From NCBI GenBank assembly GCA_034521815.1, contig JAXHLW010000013.1, positions 640,001 through 704,000 on the forward strand: 64,000 bases of DNA, written 5' to 3'. How positions within the stretch are numbered: position 1 is the first letter of the stretch; every line of letters starts with the position of its first letter. A program made the translations under genes and the position numbers. The stretch comes from Trueperaceae bacterium (GTDB lineage: Bacteria; Deinococcota; Deinococci; Deinococcales; Trueperaceae). The notes beneath the pieces were generated by a model, which was not told where the DNA came from, did no database searches, and was given only the letters and a program-made list of their open reading frames with translations. This document shows positions 37,054 through 46,086 of this stretch, piece by piece.

Positions 37054-37736
37054 GGCGCGCTCCGCAGCACCACCGCGAGGTCCAGCGTCAGTCCGATCAC
37101 GAGGTGCAGCGCGGCGGCCGGCCAGATCGAGCGGAACCGTAGCGTGAGCCAGCCGAACGCCAGGCTCGCGGGGAAGGCGGCGATCGTTTCGGTGAGCGGC
37201 TTTCCGACGTGGATCAGCGTCGCCAGCATCGCTTGCGCGACGTTGGCCGAGCGCGGCCCCAGACGGCCGACGAGGGCGTGCAGGACGGCTCCGCGGTAGA
37301 ACGCCTCGAACGCGAGGTAGTACGCCGCGTACCCCGCTGCCCAGAGCGTGAAGCGGCCGGGACGCCCGGCCAGCCAGTCGACGCCGACCCACGGATAGGT
37401 CGCCGCCAAGGCGGGGTCGTCCGCGATCCACCACAGCACCGGAATCGCCAGCAACGCCGCGCCGGCGGCCCACGCCAGCCCGCGACCGCTGCGGCCCCAC
37501 CCCAGCCCGATCTCGCTCAGCGTGCGACGCAGCAACGGTGCGGCGAGAAGCGACGCCGTCAGCAGCGTCGCGACCGACCAGGCGATCCACGCCGCCGCGG
37601 CGCCCGGCCCGCGCTGGGCGCCGGCCAGCACCACCGGACCGGGCGTGGCCAGGAACCAGAACGCCAGCTGCGCGGCGGTCGCCAGCGTCAGGAAGGCCGG
37701 CAGACGCCAGCCGGCCTCCGGCCGGAGCGACGCCAC
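37050..37736 (-). CDS. CPBP (CAAX/Abi) family intramembrane metalloprotease
   Basis: FEAFYRG (ExxxR), LIH, SIWPAAALH; multi-TM. Confidence 0.85.
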   Translation of the reverse strand: MASLRPEAGWRLPAFLTLATAAQLAFWFLATPGPVVLAGAQRGPGAAAAWIAWSVATLLTASLLAAPLLRRTLSEIGLGWGRSGRGLAWAAGAALLAIPVLWWIADDPALAATYPWVGVDWLAGRPGRFTLWAAGYAAYYLAFEAFYRGAVLHALVGRLGPRSANVAQAMLATLIHVGKPLTETIAAFPASLAFGWLTLRFRSIWPAAALHLVIGLTLDLAVVLRSAP

Positions 37737-37737
37737 C

Positions 37738-38850
37738 TCACACGGCCTTCTGGTACAGCCGATACGTCTTGTAGATCTCGCCGCCCAGCGCGCGCAGGCC
37801 TTTCGCGATCGGCTCGTTGTCCTCGAGGATCCACGACAGCTCGGCCCGGTGGTAGCCCGCCGCGACCCCGCGGTTCCACACCTCGTCGATCAGGATCAGC
37901 TCCAGGCCGCGATTGCGGAAGCTGGGCAGGACGCCCAGGATCGCCAGGCGAATCTGATCGACGATCGCCTTGCGGCGCAGGAGCGGCACGATGCCGAACG
38001 GCACGATCCGACCGTCGAACTTCGCCAGCACCTGATTCAGGTCGGGCAGGCCCAGCGACACGCCGACGATCTCGTCGTCGATCTCGAGGAACAGCGCGAT
38101 ACGGGGGTCGATGATCAGCTTCAGCGTCTCGGCGAGGTGGGCGAACTCGGCGTCGGTGTACGGCACTTGCCCCCAGTTCCGTTCCCACGCCTCGGTGTAG
38201 ATCCGCTGAACGGTGTCCAGCTCGGCCTTCCAGTCGCTCATGCGGACCTCGCGCACCACCGCGCCGGTGCGTTCGCGAGCACGTTGGGCCAGACGCCCGA
38301 ACCGCTCGGGAATCCCCTTCTCCTCGTCCGCCATCCAGGCGTGGAGGTCCTTGATCTTCTCGAAGCCGTGCGCTTCGATCCACGCCCGGTACTCGGGCGG
38401 GTTCCACGGCATCATCACGAACGGGGGCTTGTCGAACGCGTCGATCTGCAGCCCCGAGCTGTCGTTCATCGACGGGTTCATCGGGCCGCGCACAGCGCGC
38501 TTTCCGAGCTCGGACGCGCGCTCGTCGACCACGTCGAGGAGCGCCTTGGCGACGTCCGCGTCGGCGGCGTCGAAGAACCCGAAGAACAGGAGATCGTCGT
38601 CGGGATGGAACGCGGCGTGACGGTCGTCGTCGATCACCGCGACACGGCCTACGACCCGGCCGCCTCGCTCCGCCAGCCAGGTCTCGACCCGTGCGTGCTC
38701 GAAGAACGGGTTGCGACGCGGATCGAGGGTCTCGAGCTCGGCCATGCGCAACGGCGCCACGAAGCCGGCGCGACCCCGGTGCAGGCGAACGGGCAGATCC
38801 ACGAAGCGCCCCAGGTCGCGGCGGGAGTCGGTCGGTCGAACGCGGATCAT
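37738..38850 (-). CDS. GNAT-fold acyltransferase of the bCerS/YghO type; candidate bacterial ceramide synthase
   Basis: About 370 aa; FVDLP, NPFFEHA, VGRVA, FFGFFD, RGPMNPSMND.SGL.IDAFD.PP.VMMPWNPPEY, AW..NWG, LPDLNQ, ELSWILEDN, YKTYRLY; directly downstream of the SPT-like gene. Confidence 0.85.
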   Translation of the reverse strand: MIRVRPTDSRRDLGRFVDLPVRLHRGRAGFVAPLRMAELETLDPRRNPFFEHARVETWLAERGGRVVGRVAVIDDDRHAAFHPDDDLLFFGFFDAADADVAKALLDVVDERASELGKRAVRGPMNPSMNDSSGLQIDAFDKPPFVMMPWNPPEYRAWIEAHGFEKIKDLHAWMADEEKGIPERFGRLAQRARERTGAVVREVRMSDWKAELDTVQRIYTEAWERNWGQVPYTDAEFAHLAETLKLIIDPRIALFLEIDDEIVGVSLGLPDLNQVLAKFDGRIVPFGIVPLLRRKAIVDQIRLAILGVLPSFRNRGLELILIDEVWNRGVAAGYHRAELSWILEDNEPIAKGLRALGGEIYKTYRLYQKAV

Positions 38851-38920
38851 CGCTTCCTCCAGATGCCGTCGGCGCGCCCGAGCGAGTCGGGAGCGCCGCT
38901 TCGGGCCGTGCCGGTGCGGC

Positions 38921-40198
38921 TCAGATCACGCCCAACGACCGGCCCACACGGTCGAACGCGTCCAGCAGGAGGTTCAGCTGATCGGGCGTGTGGTTCGCGT
39001 TCACGCTGGTGCGGATGATCGACTGGCCCTTGGGCACGCCGGGCGGAATGGCCGGGGTCGTGAACACGCCGGCGTCCCAGAGGCCGCGCCAGAAGCGGAT
39101 CGTCTCGTCGTCGCCGCCGATCAGGACCGGCACGATCGGCGTGCGACTGCCGAGCGTGTCGAAGCCCAGGTCGTGCAGCCCGCCACGGAGCTGGCGGACG
39201 TTCCGCCACAGGGCCTCGCGCAGCTCGGGCTCGGACGACATGATCTCGAGCGCCTTCAGGGCCGCGGCCATCTGCATGGCGGGCAACGCGGCGGTGAACA
39301 TGAACGGGCGCGCGTGGTGCTTGACGTACTTCACCACGCTGGACGTTCCGGCCATGAACCCGCCCACCGAGCCGAACGACTTCGAGAAGGTGCCGATGAT
39401 CAGGTCGACTTCGCGCTCGAGGCCGAAGTGCTCGGCCGTGCCGCGGCCACCGGCGCCCAGCACACCGGTGGCGTGCGCGTCGTCGACGATCAGGCGCGCT
39501 CCGTAGCGCCGCGCGACCTCGACCAGCTCGGGCAGGGGAGCGATGTGACCGGTCATCGAGAAGACGCCGTCGGTGACGATCATCCGTCCTCCCGACCGCC
39601 CAACGTCGCGCTCCAGCAGGCGGGCCAGATCGTCCACGTCGGCGTGGTCGTACTTGCGCAGCGAGCCGTAGCTGAGCCGGGCCCCGTCGTACAGGCAGGC
39701 GTGGTTCTCGCGATCGAAGTACAGCACGTCGTGACGGCCGGTGAGGGCGGAGAGGACCGAGAGCGAGCCGAGGTAGCCGGCGCTGAACGTCAGCGCCGCC
39801 TCCTTGTTCAGGTACTCGGCCAAGCGCAGCTCCAAGGTCCGATGCAGCGTCAGCGTGCCGGTCAGGAACCGCGAGCCGGTACAGCTGGTGCCGAAGTGGG
39901 TCAGCGCGTCGCGGGCGGCTTGCTTCAGCCGCGGGTCCTGCGTCAAGCCGAGGTAGTCGTTCGACCCGGAGATCACCATCTCGCGGCCGTCCACCACGAC
40001 CGTTCCGCCGCGCTGCTCCTCGATCACCTTGAAGTAGGGGTGAACGCCGGCGGCCTCGGCCTGGTCGGCGCGCGTGAACGCCTCGGCTTTCGCGAACGCG
40101 TCTTGCGGGGGCCGTGAGGCGTCGATCTTCTCGGCCGCGCCGTACGGTGGCGGTCGGGTGTCGGGAGCGTCAGACAACGGGTCCTCCAGCGCCGGCAC
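38921..40198 (-). CDS. spt: Alpha-oxoamine synthase, serine palmitoyltransferase-like
   Basis: GVHPYF, GSNDYLGL, GTSCTGSRFLTGT, NHAC, DGVFSM, DDAH, PLP-lysine motif GTFSKS, PPGVP...IIR; lipid gene context. Confidence 0.8.
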   Translation of the reverse strand: MPALEDPLSDAPDTRPPPYGAAEKIDASRPPQDAFAKAEAFTRADQAEAAGVHPYFKVIEEQRGGTVVVDGREMVISGSNDYLGLTQDPRLKQAARDALTHFGTSCTGSRFLTGTLTLHRTLELRLAEYLNKEAALTFSAGYLGSLSVLSALTGRHDVLYFDRENHACLYDGARLSYGSLRKYDHADVDDLARLLERDVGRSGGRMIVTDGVFSMTGHIAPLPELVEVARRYGARLIVDDAHATGVLGAGGRGTAEHFGLEREVDLIIGTFSKSFGSVGGFMAGTSSVVKYVKHHARPFMFTAALPAMQMAAALKALEIMSSEPELREALWRNVRQLRGGLHDLGFDTLGSRTPIVPVLIGGDDETIRFWRGLWDAGVFTTPAIPPGVPKGQSIIRTSVNANHTPDQLNLLLDAFDRVGRSLGVI

Positions 40199-41180
40199 CG
40201 ACCGGCGAAGTTTCTATGCTAGCACGGGCGGGAGGCGTCTCCGGGAGCCCTCCGGCGAGGGTCGACCCCAAGCACGTCACGATCTCCTCGACCGTCTCGG
40301 CGCGCACCAGGGCGGAGCGCAATCCGCGTCCCTCGGCGTACGGCGCCACGTAGCGGGCCAGGTGGCCACGGAGGGCGCGCACGCCCCGCGCCTCGCCGTA
40401 CCAGGCGGCCTGAAGGCGGGCGTGACGCACGATCAGCGTGGCCGCCTCGGGCCAGTCGGGGGCGGGGGCGCCGCGCAGCTCGGCGAAGATCCAGGGGCGG
40501 CCCAGCGCGCCGCGCGCGATCATCACCCCCACGCCCTGAGCCCGCCGCTCCCGGAAGGTGGCCAGGTCCGTCACGTCGCCGGACCCGACCACGGGGACGG
40601 GCAGACGCGCAGCGAGCTCCACGATCGGCGCCCAGTCGGCGGTTCCTTCGTACTTCTGCGCACCGGTGCGGCCGTGCACCGCGACCAGCGAGGCGCCCCC
40701 GTCGACGACGGCGTGAGCGGCTTCGCTCAGCCTGACCTCGTCCTTGCCCAGCCGCATCTTCGTCGAGACCGGCAGACCGGTGGCGTCCCGCACGGCGGCG
40801 ACGATCGACCTGGCCAGCTCGGGACGGGCCATCAGCTCCACCCCGCAGCCCTTGTGCACGACCTTCTTCACCGGGCAGCCCATGTTCAGGTCGAACGCCA
40901 CGGGGCGGTAACGCTCATGCAGCTTCCGCGCAGCGATCGCCGCGTCGTCCGGATCCGAGGCGAACAGCTGGATCACGAGATCCGGCTCGCCCGGGTAGGG
41001 CGCGCCGATGAGCAGGGTCCGCTCGTCGCCACGCGCCAGCGCGCGGGCGCTGACCATCTCGGTCACGGCCCAGGCGCTGCCCTGTTCTCTGCACAGTCGC
41101 CGAAACGGCGCGTCGGTGTAGCCGGCCATCGGCGCCAGCACCGCGCCGCCCTGCGCCAGTCTGGAGGCGAAGAGGTTCAC
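40170..41180 (-). CDS. dusB: tRNA-dihydrouridine synthase
   Basis: LAPMAGYTDAPFR, TEMVS, DLNMGCPV, VHGRT, GSGDV, RGALGRPW; GTG 41180 follows a TAGACT -10. Confidence 0.9.
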   Translation of the reverse strand: MNLFASRLAQGGAVLAPMAGYTDAPFRRLCREQGSAWAVTEMVSARALARGDERTLLIGAPYPGEPDLVIQLFASDPDDAAIAARKLHERYRPVAFDLNMGCPVKKVVHKGCGVELMARPELARSIVAAVRDATGLPVSTKMRLGKDEVRLSEAAHAVVDGGASLVAVHGRTGAQKYEGTADWAPIVELAARLPVPVVGSGDVTDLATFRERRAQGVGVMIARGALGRPWIFAELRGAPAPDWPEAATLIVRHARLQAAWYGEARGVRALRGHLARYVAPYAEGRGLRSALVRAETVEEIVTCLGSTLAGGLPETPPARASIETSPVGAGAGGPVV

Positions 41181-41328
41181 GTTGGCGCAGTCTACCCGCC
41201 ATGTCCGGGTCGTCGGCCTAGCCGCCCGCGGTACACGCCCTCCACGGAAGGGGCGTACACGCACAGGGTGGTACCCTCCCTCGAGTGACGCATTCACGGA
41301 CGATCCACGCCGTCGGGCGGCGACCGTC

Positions 41329-41856
41329 GTGCAGGTGACGGCTCCATCGGTGACGTTTCGGCCGGTAGGGCCGGACGAGGCTGCTGCGGTGCACGCCATC
41401 TACTGCGGCGCGCCGAGCTACTTCGACGCGCTCTCGATCCCGCTTCCCACGGTCCGCGAGGTCCAGACCGAGCTCGAGACCGCCGCAGCCGACCCGCGCC
41501 GCAGTACCGAGCTCGTCCTCGCCCACCTCGGCTCGGACGAGCCGCAGGTCGCGGGCTATCTCGACGTGACGCTGGCCTACCTCGAGCCCGACGACGCCAC
41601 GGTCAACCTCCTGCTGGTCCGTGAAGAGCTGCAGGGCAGAGGCATCGGCTCGGAGGCGATCCGTCGGCTCGAGGAGCGTCTCGCCGGTCGCGTGAGCCGC
41701 GTGCTGGCCAGCGTGTACGGCAAGAACGCCCGCGCCCAGCGGTTCTGGCGCTCGCTCGGCTACGTGTTCGCGATCGACGCCGCTCCCGTCCTCGAGTGGT
41801 ACGCCAAGCGCCTGGGGGCCCCGGCCAGCGACGGTCCGACACGGCTGCTGGTCTGA
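41329..41856 (+). CDS. GNAT family N-acetyltransferase
   Basis: LLVREELQGRGIGS acetyl-CoA motif, N.RA.RFW..LGY; start uncertain. Confidence 0.85.
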   Translation: MQVTAPSVTFRPVGPDEAAAVHAIYCGAPSYFDALSIPLPTVREVQTELETAAADPRRSTELVLAHLGSDEPQVAGYLDVTLAYLEPDDATVNLLLVREELQGRGIGSEAIRRLEERLAGRVSRVLASVYGKNARAQRFWRSLGYVFAIDAAPVLEWYAKRLGAPASDGPTRLLV

Positions 41857-42013
41857 GGCGGTAGAGCGCGCCGTCCGTACGGGCCGTCGCCGGGACCGTC
41901 GGTGGTCAGGACGACGCGGTCCGGGAACGGCGCGCGCCGGGTGGTAGACTGCGCAGGACATTCCCGAAACCGTGGGCGCCGCGCGTGCCCCGCCCCCAGT
42001 GGAGGAAACGACA

Positions 42014-42571
42014 ATGATCAGCGTGACGGACTTGCGCAACGGCACGAAGGTGGACATGGACGGCGGTCTCTGGGAGTGCTTGGACTACCAGCACCAGAAG
42101 ATCGGCCGTGGCGGCGCGAAGGTCGTGGCGAAGTTCCGCAACCTCGAGACCGGCAGCATCGTGGAACGAACCTTCAACGCCTCCGAGAAGCTTCAGGACA
42201 TCTTCATCGACTACAAGACGATGCAGTACCTCTTCAACGACGGCGATCACTACACCTTCATGGACCTCGAGACGTTCGAGCAACCGACGCTCAGCCGTGC
42301 GCAGATCGGTGACGCGGCGAAGTGGCTGAAGCAGAACACCGAGGTCACGGTCGACTACTACCGCGACAAGCCGCTCAAGGTCACCCTTCCCAACGTGATG
42401 GAGCTCCAGATCGTCGAGACCGATCCGGGCGTCAAGGGCGACACCGTGTCGGGCGGGACGAAGCGCGCGAAGCTCGAGACGGGCGCGACCGTGGCCGTCC
42501 CTCTGTTCATCGACCAGGGGACGGTCGTCAAGGTCGATACGCGCACCGGCGACTACCTCGGGCGAGCCTGA
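42014..42571 (+). CDS. efp: Elongation factor P
   Basis: [42 protein letters not shown]. Confidence 0.97.
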   Translation: MISVTDLRNGTKVDMDGGLWECLDYQHQKIGRGGAKVVAKFRNLETGSIVERTFNASEKLQDIFIDYKTMQYLFNDGDHYTFMDLETFEQPTLSRAQIGDAAKWLKQNTEVTVDYYRDKPLKVTLPNVMELQIVETDPGVKGDTVSGGTKRAKLETGATVAVPLFIDQGTVVKVDTRTGDYLGRA

Positions 42572-43071
42572 TGGACGTCAAGGAGGTCAAGAAGCTTCTC
42601 GACGCCGCGGCCGCCGCCGACGTCAACGAGCTGACCTACGAGACCGGCGACGTGCGCATCACCGTCAAGCGTGGCGCGCAGCCGACCGAGGAGTCCCCGG
42701 TCGGGCCCGTCGTCCCTGCGCCCCAGGCGGCCTCCGTACCGGACGCCGCCACGACCGTCGCTGCGCCCGCCGGAGCGCCAGCGGCGGTCCCGCCGGCCGA
42801 GGAGACGCCGCCTCCCGCGGCCGGTGCGCACCTCGTCGAGGTCACCGCGCCGATCGTCGGCACGTTCTACGACTCGCCAGCGCCGGACGCCGACGCCTAC
42901 GTCAAGGTGGGCGACCGCGTCAAAGCCGGCGCGGTTCTGTGCATCATCGAGGCGATGAAGCTCATGAACGAAATCGAGGCCGAGACGGCCGGAACCGTGG
43001 CCGAGATCCTCGTCCGCGACGAAGAGCCGGTCGAATACGGCCAGGTGCTGTTCCGCATCGATCCGGACTGA
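42571..43071 (+). CDS. accB: Acetyl-CoA carboxylase biotin carboxyl carrier protein
   Basis: [25 protein letters not shown]. Confidence 0.96.
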   Translation: MDVKEVKKLLDAAAAADVNELTYETGDVRITVKRGAQPTEESPVGPVVPAPQAASVPDAATTVAAPAGAPAAVPPAEETPPPAAGAHLVEVTAPIVGTFYDSPAPDADAYVKVGDRVKAGAVLCIIEAMKLMNEIEAETAGTVAEILVRDEEPVEYGQVLFRIDPD

Positions 43072-43076
43072 CGCCG

Positions 43077-44411
43077 GTGTTCAAGAAGATCCTGATCGCG
43101 AACCGCGGCGAGATCGCCCTCCGAATCCTGCGAGCCGCGCGCGAGCTGGGGATCCGTACCGTCGCGGCGTACTCGGAAGCCGACGAGTCCAGCCTGCCGG
43201 TGCTGCTCGCCGACGAGGCGGTCTGCATCGGGCCGCCCTCCGCGACCGGCTCGTACCTGAACGTCCGCAACCTGTTGTCCGCGGCGCTGGTGTCCGGGTG
43301 CGAAGCGATCCACCCGGGCTACGGCTTCCTCGCGGAGAACGCCGAGTTCGCCGAGAAGTGCGAAGAGCACAACCTGGTGTTCATCGGGCCTCGACCGGAA
43401 ACGATCCGCCTCATCGGCGACAAGGCCAGCGCCCGACGCTTGGCCGAGGAGGCCGGTGTGCCGCTCACCCCCGGATCCGGTGCTCTCGAGAACGTCGCGG
43501 CGGCCGAGGCGTACGCCGAGAAGGTCGGCTACCCGGTCATCCTCAAGGCGTCCGCCGGCGGGGGAGGCCGTGGCATGCGCGTCGTGCAGAGCCCGACCGA
43601 TCTGGAGCGCCAGTTCGTGAACGCTCGCGAAGAGGCGCGCAGCTCGTTCGGGAACCCCGAGATGTACCTCGAGAAGTACCTCGAGGAGCCCAAGCACGTC
43701 GAGATCCAGGTGTTCGGCGACGGCGAGGGCGAGGTGATCCATTTCTTCGATCGCGACTGCTCGATCCAGCGTCGCTATCAGAAGGTGCTCGAGGAGGCGC
43801 CCAGCATCCTCGATCCAGGGCTGCGTGCCCGCATCGCGACCGCCGCCGTGGACCTCGCCAAGCACATCCACTATCGGGGCGCCGGCACGACCGAGTTCCT
43901 GGTCGACAAACACGGCGACTTCTTCTTCAGCGAGATGAACACGCGGATCCAGGTCGAGCATCCCGTCACCGAGATGGTGACCCGGGTGGACCTGGTGCAA
44001 GAGCAGTTCCGCGTCGCGTTCGGCCAGGGCCTGTCGCTGACGCAGGACGACGTACGCGTCGACGGTCACGCGATCGAGGTCCGGATCAACGCCGAGGATC
44101 CGGATCGCGACTTCAGGCCCGCTGCGGGCACCGTCACCGACCTGCACTGGCCCGGCGGACCGGGGATTCGCGTCGATTCGCACATCTATGCGGGGTACCG
44201 CGTCCCTCCGAACTACGACAGCCTGATCGCCAAGGTGATCGCCTGGGCGCCGACCCGTGAACAGGCGATCGCCCGCATGGAGCGCGCCCTGCGCGAGACG
44301 GTGATCGAAGGGATCACGACCACGATTCCGTTCCATTTGCGCGTTCTGGACAACGCCTTCTATCGCCGTGGCGCGGTCTACACGAACTTCGTGGCGCGCC
44401 GCATGAGCTGA
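43077..44411 (+). CDS. accC: Biotin carboxylase
   Basis: KILIANRGEIA, HPGYGFLAEN, GGGGRGMR, EMNTRIQVEHPVTE. Confidence 0.97.
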   Translation: MFKKILIANRGEIALRILRAARELGIRTVAAYSEADESSLPVLLADEAVCIGPPSATGSYLNVRNLLSAALVSGCEAIHPGYGFLAENAEFAEKCEEHNLVFIGPRPETIRLIGDKASARRLAEEAGVPLTPGSGALENVAAAEAYAEKVGYPVILKASAGGGGRGMRVVQSPTDLERQFVNAREEARSSFGNPEMYLEKYLEEPKHVEIQVFGDGEGEVIHFFDRDCSIQRRYQKVLEEAPSILDPGLRARIATAAVDLAKHIHYRGAGTTEFLVDKHGDFFFSEMNTRIQVEHPVTEMVTRVDLVQEQFRVAFGQGLSLTQDDVRVDGHAIEVRINAEDPDRDFRPAAGTVTDLHWPGGPGIRVDSHIYAGYRVPPNYDSLIAKVIAWAPTREQAIARMERALRETVIEGITTTIPFHLRVLDNAFYRRGAVYTNFVARRMS

Positions 44412-44427
44412 GGACGAGGAGACCCAC

Positions 44428-44784
44428 GTGAACGACACAGCTCCGCCCGAACTCGGTCAGGACGTTCTGTTCGGCATCGCGCAGCTCGCTTTGGAGCAGG
44501 TCGAAGGCATCAAGCCTCTCGCGCCGCCGCCCCGCGTCGGCGAGTTCCTCACCGGCCGACGCGCGAAGGGCATCCGCATCGAGCGTGACGGCGACGTCGT
44601 GGACATCGATCTCAACGTCACGGTGCGCTACGGCCTGGAGATCCCCAAGGTCGCCGAGCGTGCGCGGCGGGTCGTCCGCGAGGCGATCGGCTCGATGACG
44701 GGCCTGAAGGTTCGCTCGGTCCGCGTCTCGGTCGTCGGAATCGACGTCGCCGAGGACGGCGTGTCGGAGGACGAGGATGGCTAG
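44428..44784 (+). CDS. Asp23/Gls24 family protein
   Basis: VLFGIA...VEGI, IDLNVTVRYG..IPKVA, MTGLKV..V.V.V; between accC and nusB. Confidence 0.9.
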   Translation: MNDTAPPELGQDVLFGIAQLALEQVEGIKPLAPPPRVGEFLTGRRAKGIRIERDGDVVDIDLNVTVRYGLEIPKVAERARRVVREAIGSMTGLKVRSVRVSVVGIDVAEDGVSEDEDG

Positions 44785-45244
44785 ACGCCGAGCGCGGGAG
44801 CTGGCGTTCCGCGCGCTGTTCCAAGCGGACCGTGGCAGCGCCGATCTGGACACCGTGTGGGCGCAGGTCCGGGGCGACGTCGGTGAGCGTGAGGACGACC
44901 GTTCGGGCGAGAACGGCTACGGCGACGTGCTGGACGCAGAGGCGCTGAGCTTCGCGGAGCGGCTGGTTCACGCCTACCGCGACCACCGCGGCGAGATCGA
45001 CGAGCTCCTCGGGGAGCTGATCGAAGGATGGAGCTTTTCGCAGATGTCTCAGACCGACCTGAACGTGTTGCGGCTGTCCGTGACCGAGATGCTGTACGAA
45101 GACGACATTCCGCCTCGCGTCACCCTGGAGATGGCGGTCCGGCTGGCCAAGCGCTTCGGAGGCGAGGACTCGGGCCGATTCGTCAACGGGGTGCTCGGAA
45201 CCCTTTACCGCAAGCGGCACCCGCGCGCCGCCGAGGCATCGTGA
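44777..45244 (+). CDS. nusB: Transcription antitermination factor NusB
   Basis: RRRARELAF, D..VLRL...E, LAKRFG...SGRFVNGVLG. Confidence 0.95.
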   Translation: MARRRARELAFRALFQADRGSADLDTVWAQVRGDVGEREDDRSGENGYGDVLDAEALSFAERLVHAYRDHRGEIDELLGELIEGWSFSQMSQTDLNVLRLSVTEMLYEDDIPPRVTLEMAVRLAKRFGGEDSGRFVNGVLGTLYRKRHPRAAEAS

Positions 45245-46086
45245 GCGCCCGCATCCTGAACGGTCGCGAGGTGGCGGCCTCGCTGATGGAGGAGCTCCGC
45301 GTGGAGGTCGCCGACATGCCGGTCGCCCCCAGGCTGGTGTTCGTGCGCGCCGGGGACGATCCCGCGAGCGCCTCGTACGTGCGCTCCAAGCAGCGCCTGG
45401 CCGCGAAGGCCGGCGTTCGCGCCGAAACACGGGTCTTGGACCCGGACACGACGCAGCGCGCGCTGATGGCGGAAGTCGCGTCCCTGAACGACGATCCGGA
45501 CGTCGACGGCATTCTGGTCCAGCTTCCGCTGTACGACCATCTCGACGCCGCGCCCGTGCTGGAGGCGATCGATCCCGCCAAGGACGTCGACGGGTTCCAT
45601 CCCGTGAACGTCGGGCGTCTCTGGAGCGGCCGGCCGACGTTGGTGCCCGCCACGCCGTCCGGTCTGATTCGGATCCTCGACCACTACGGCTACGAGATCG
45701 AGGGGCGGGACGTGCTGATCGTGGGTCGCAGCAACCTGGTGGGCAAACCGGCCGCGGCCCTGTTCCTGGCGCGGCACGCCACGGTGACGCTGGCGCACTC
45801 CCGCACGCGCGACCTACCGGGCTGGATCCGTAAAGCCGACATGATCGTCGCCGCCGCCGGACGTCCCGGCATGATCCGACCCGACATGGTGCGTGCCGGC
45901 GCGGTGCTGCTGGACGTCGGCCAATCTCCGGTCGAAGGCGTGCTGCGTGGCGACGTGGCGCCGGAGGTGGCGGAGGTCGCCGGCGCGATGACCCCGACGC
46001 CCGGCGGAACGGGGCCGATGACGGTGGCGATGGTCGTCGCCAACACCGTGAAGGCGGCCCGAGCCCGGCGAGGGACCGGTGGCTGA
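45241..46086 (+). CDS. folD: Methylenetetrahydrofolate dehydrogenase/cyclohydrolase
   Basis: DPASASYVRSK, DGILVQLPL, KDVDGFHP, GRSNLVGKP, TPTPGGTGPMT. Confidence 0.96.
   Translation: MSARILNGREVAASLMEELRVEVADMPVAPRLVFVRAGDDPASASYVRSKQRLAAKAGVRAETRVLDPDTTQRALMAEVASLNDDPDVDGILVQLPLYDHLDAAPVLEAIDPAKDVDGFHPVNVGRLWSGRPTLVPATPSGLIRILDHYGYEIEGRDVLIVGRSNLVGKPAAALFLARHATVTLAHSRTRDLPGWIRKADMIVAAAGRPGMIRPDMVRAGAVLLDVGQSPVEGVLRGDVAPEVAEVAGAMTPTPGGTGPMTVAMVVANTVKAARARRGTGG

Noticed and set aside
38921-40198. Annotation as BioF or Kbl
   Set aside because: No biotin or tdh genes nearby; SPT-like N-terminus and GTFSKS motif; adjacent to a bCerS-like gene. Not fully excluded without a phylogeny
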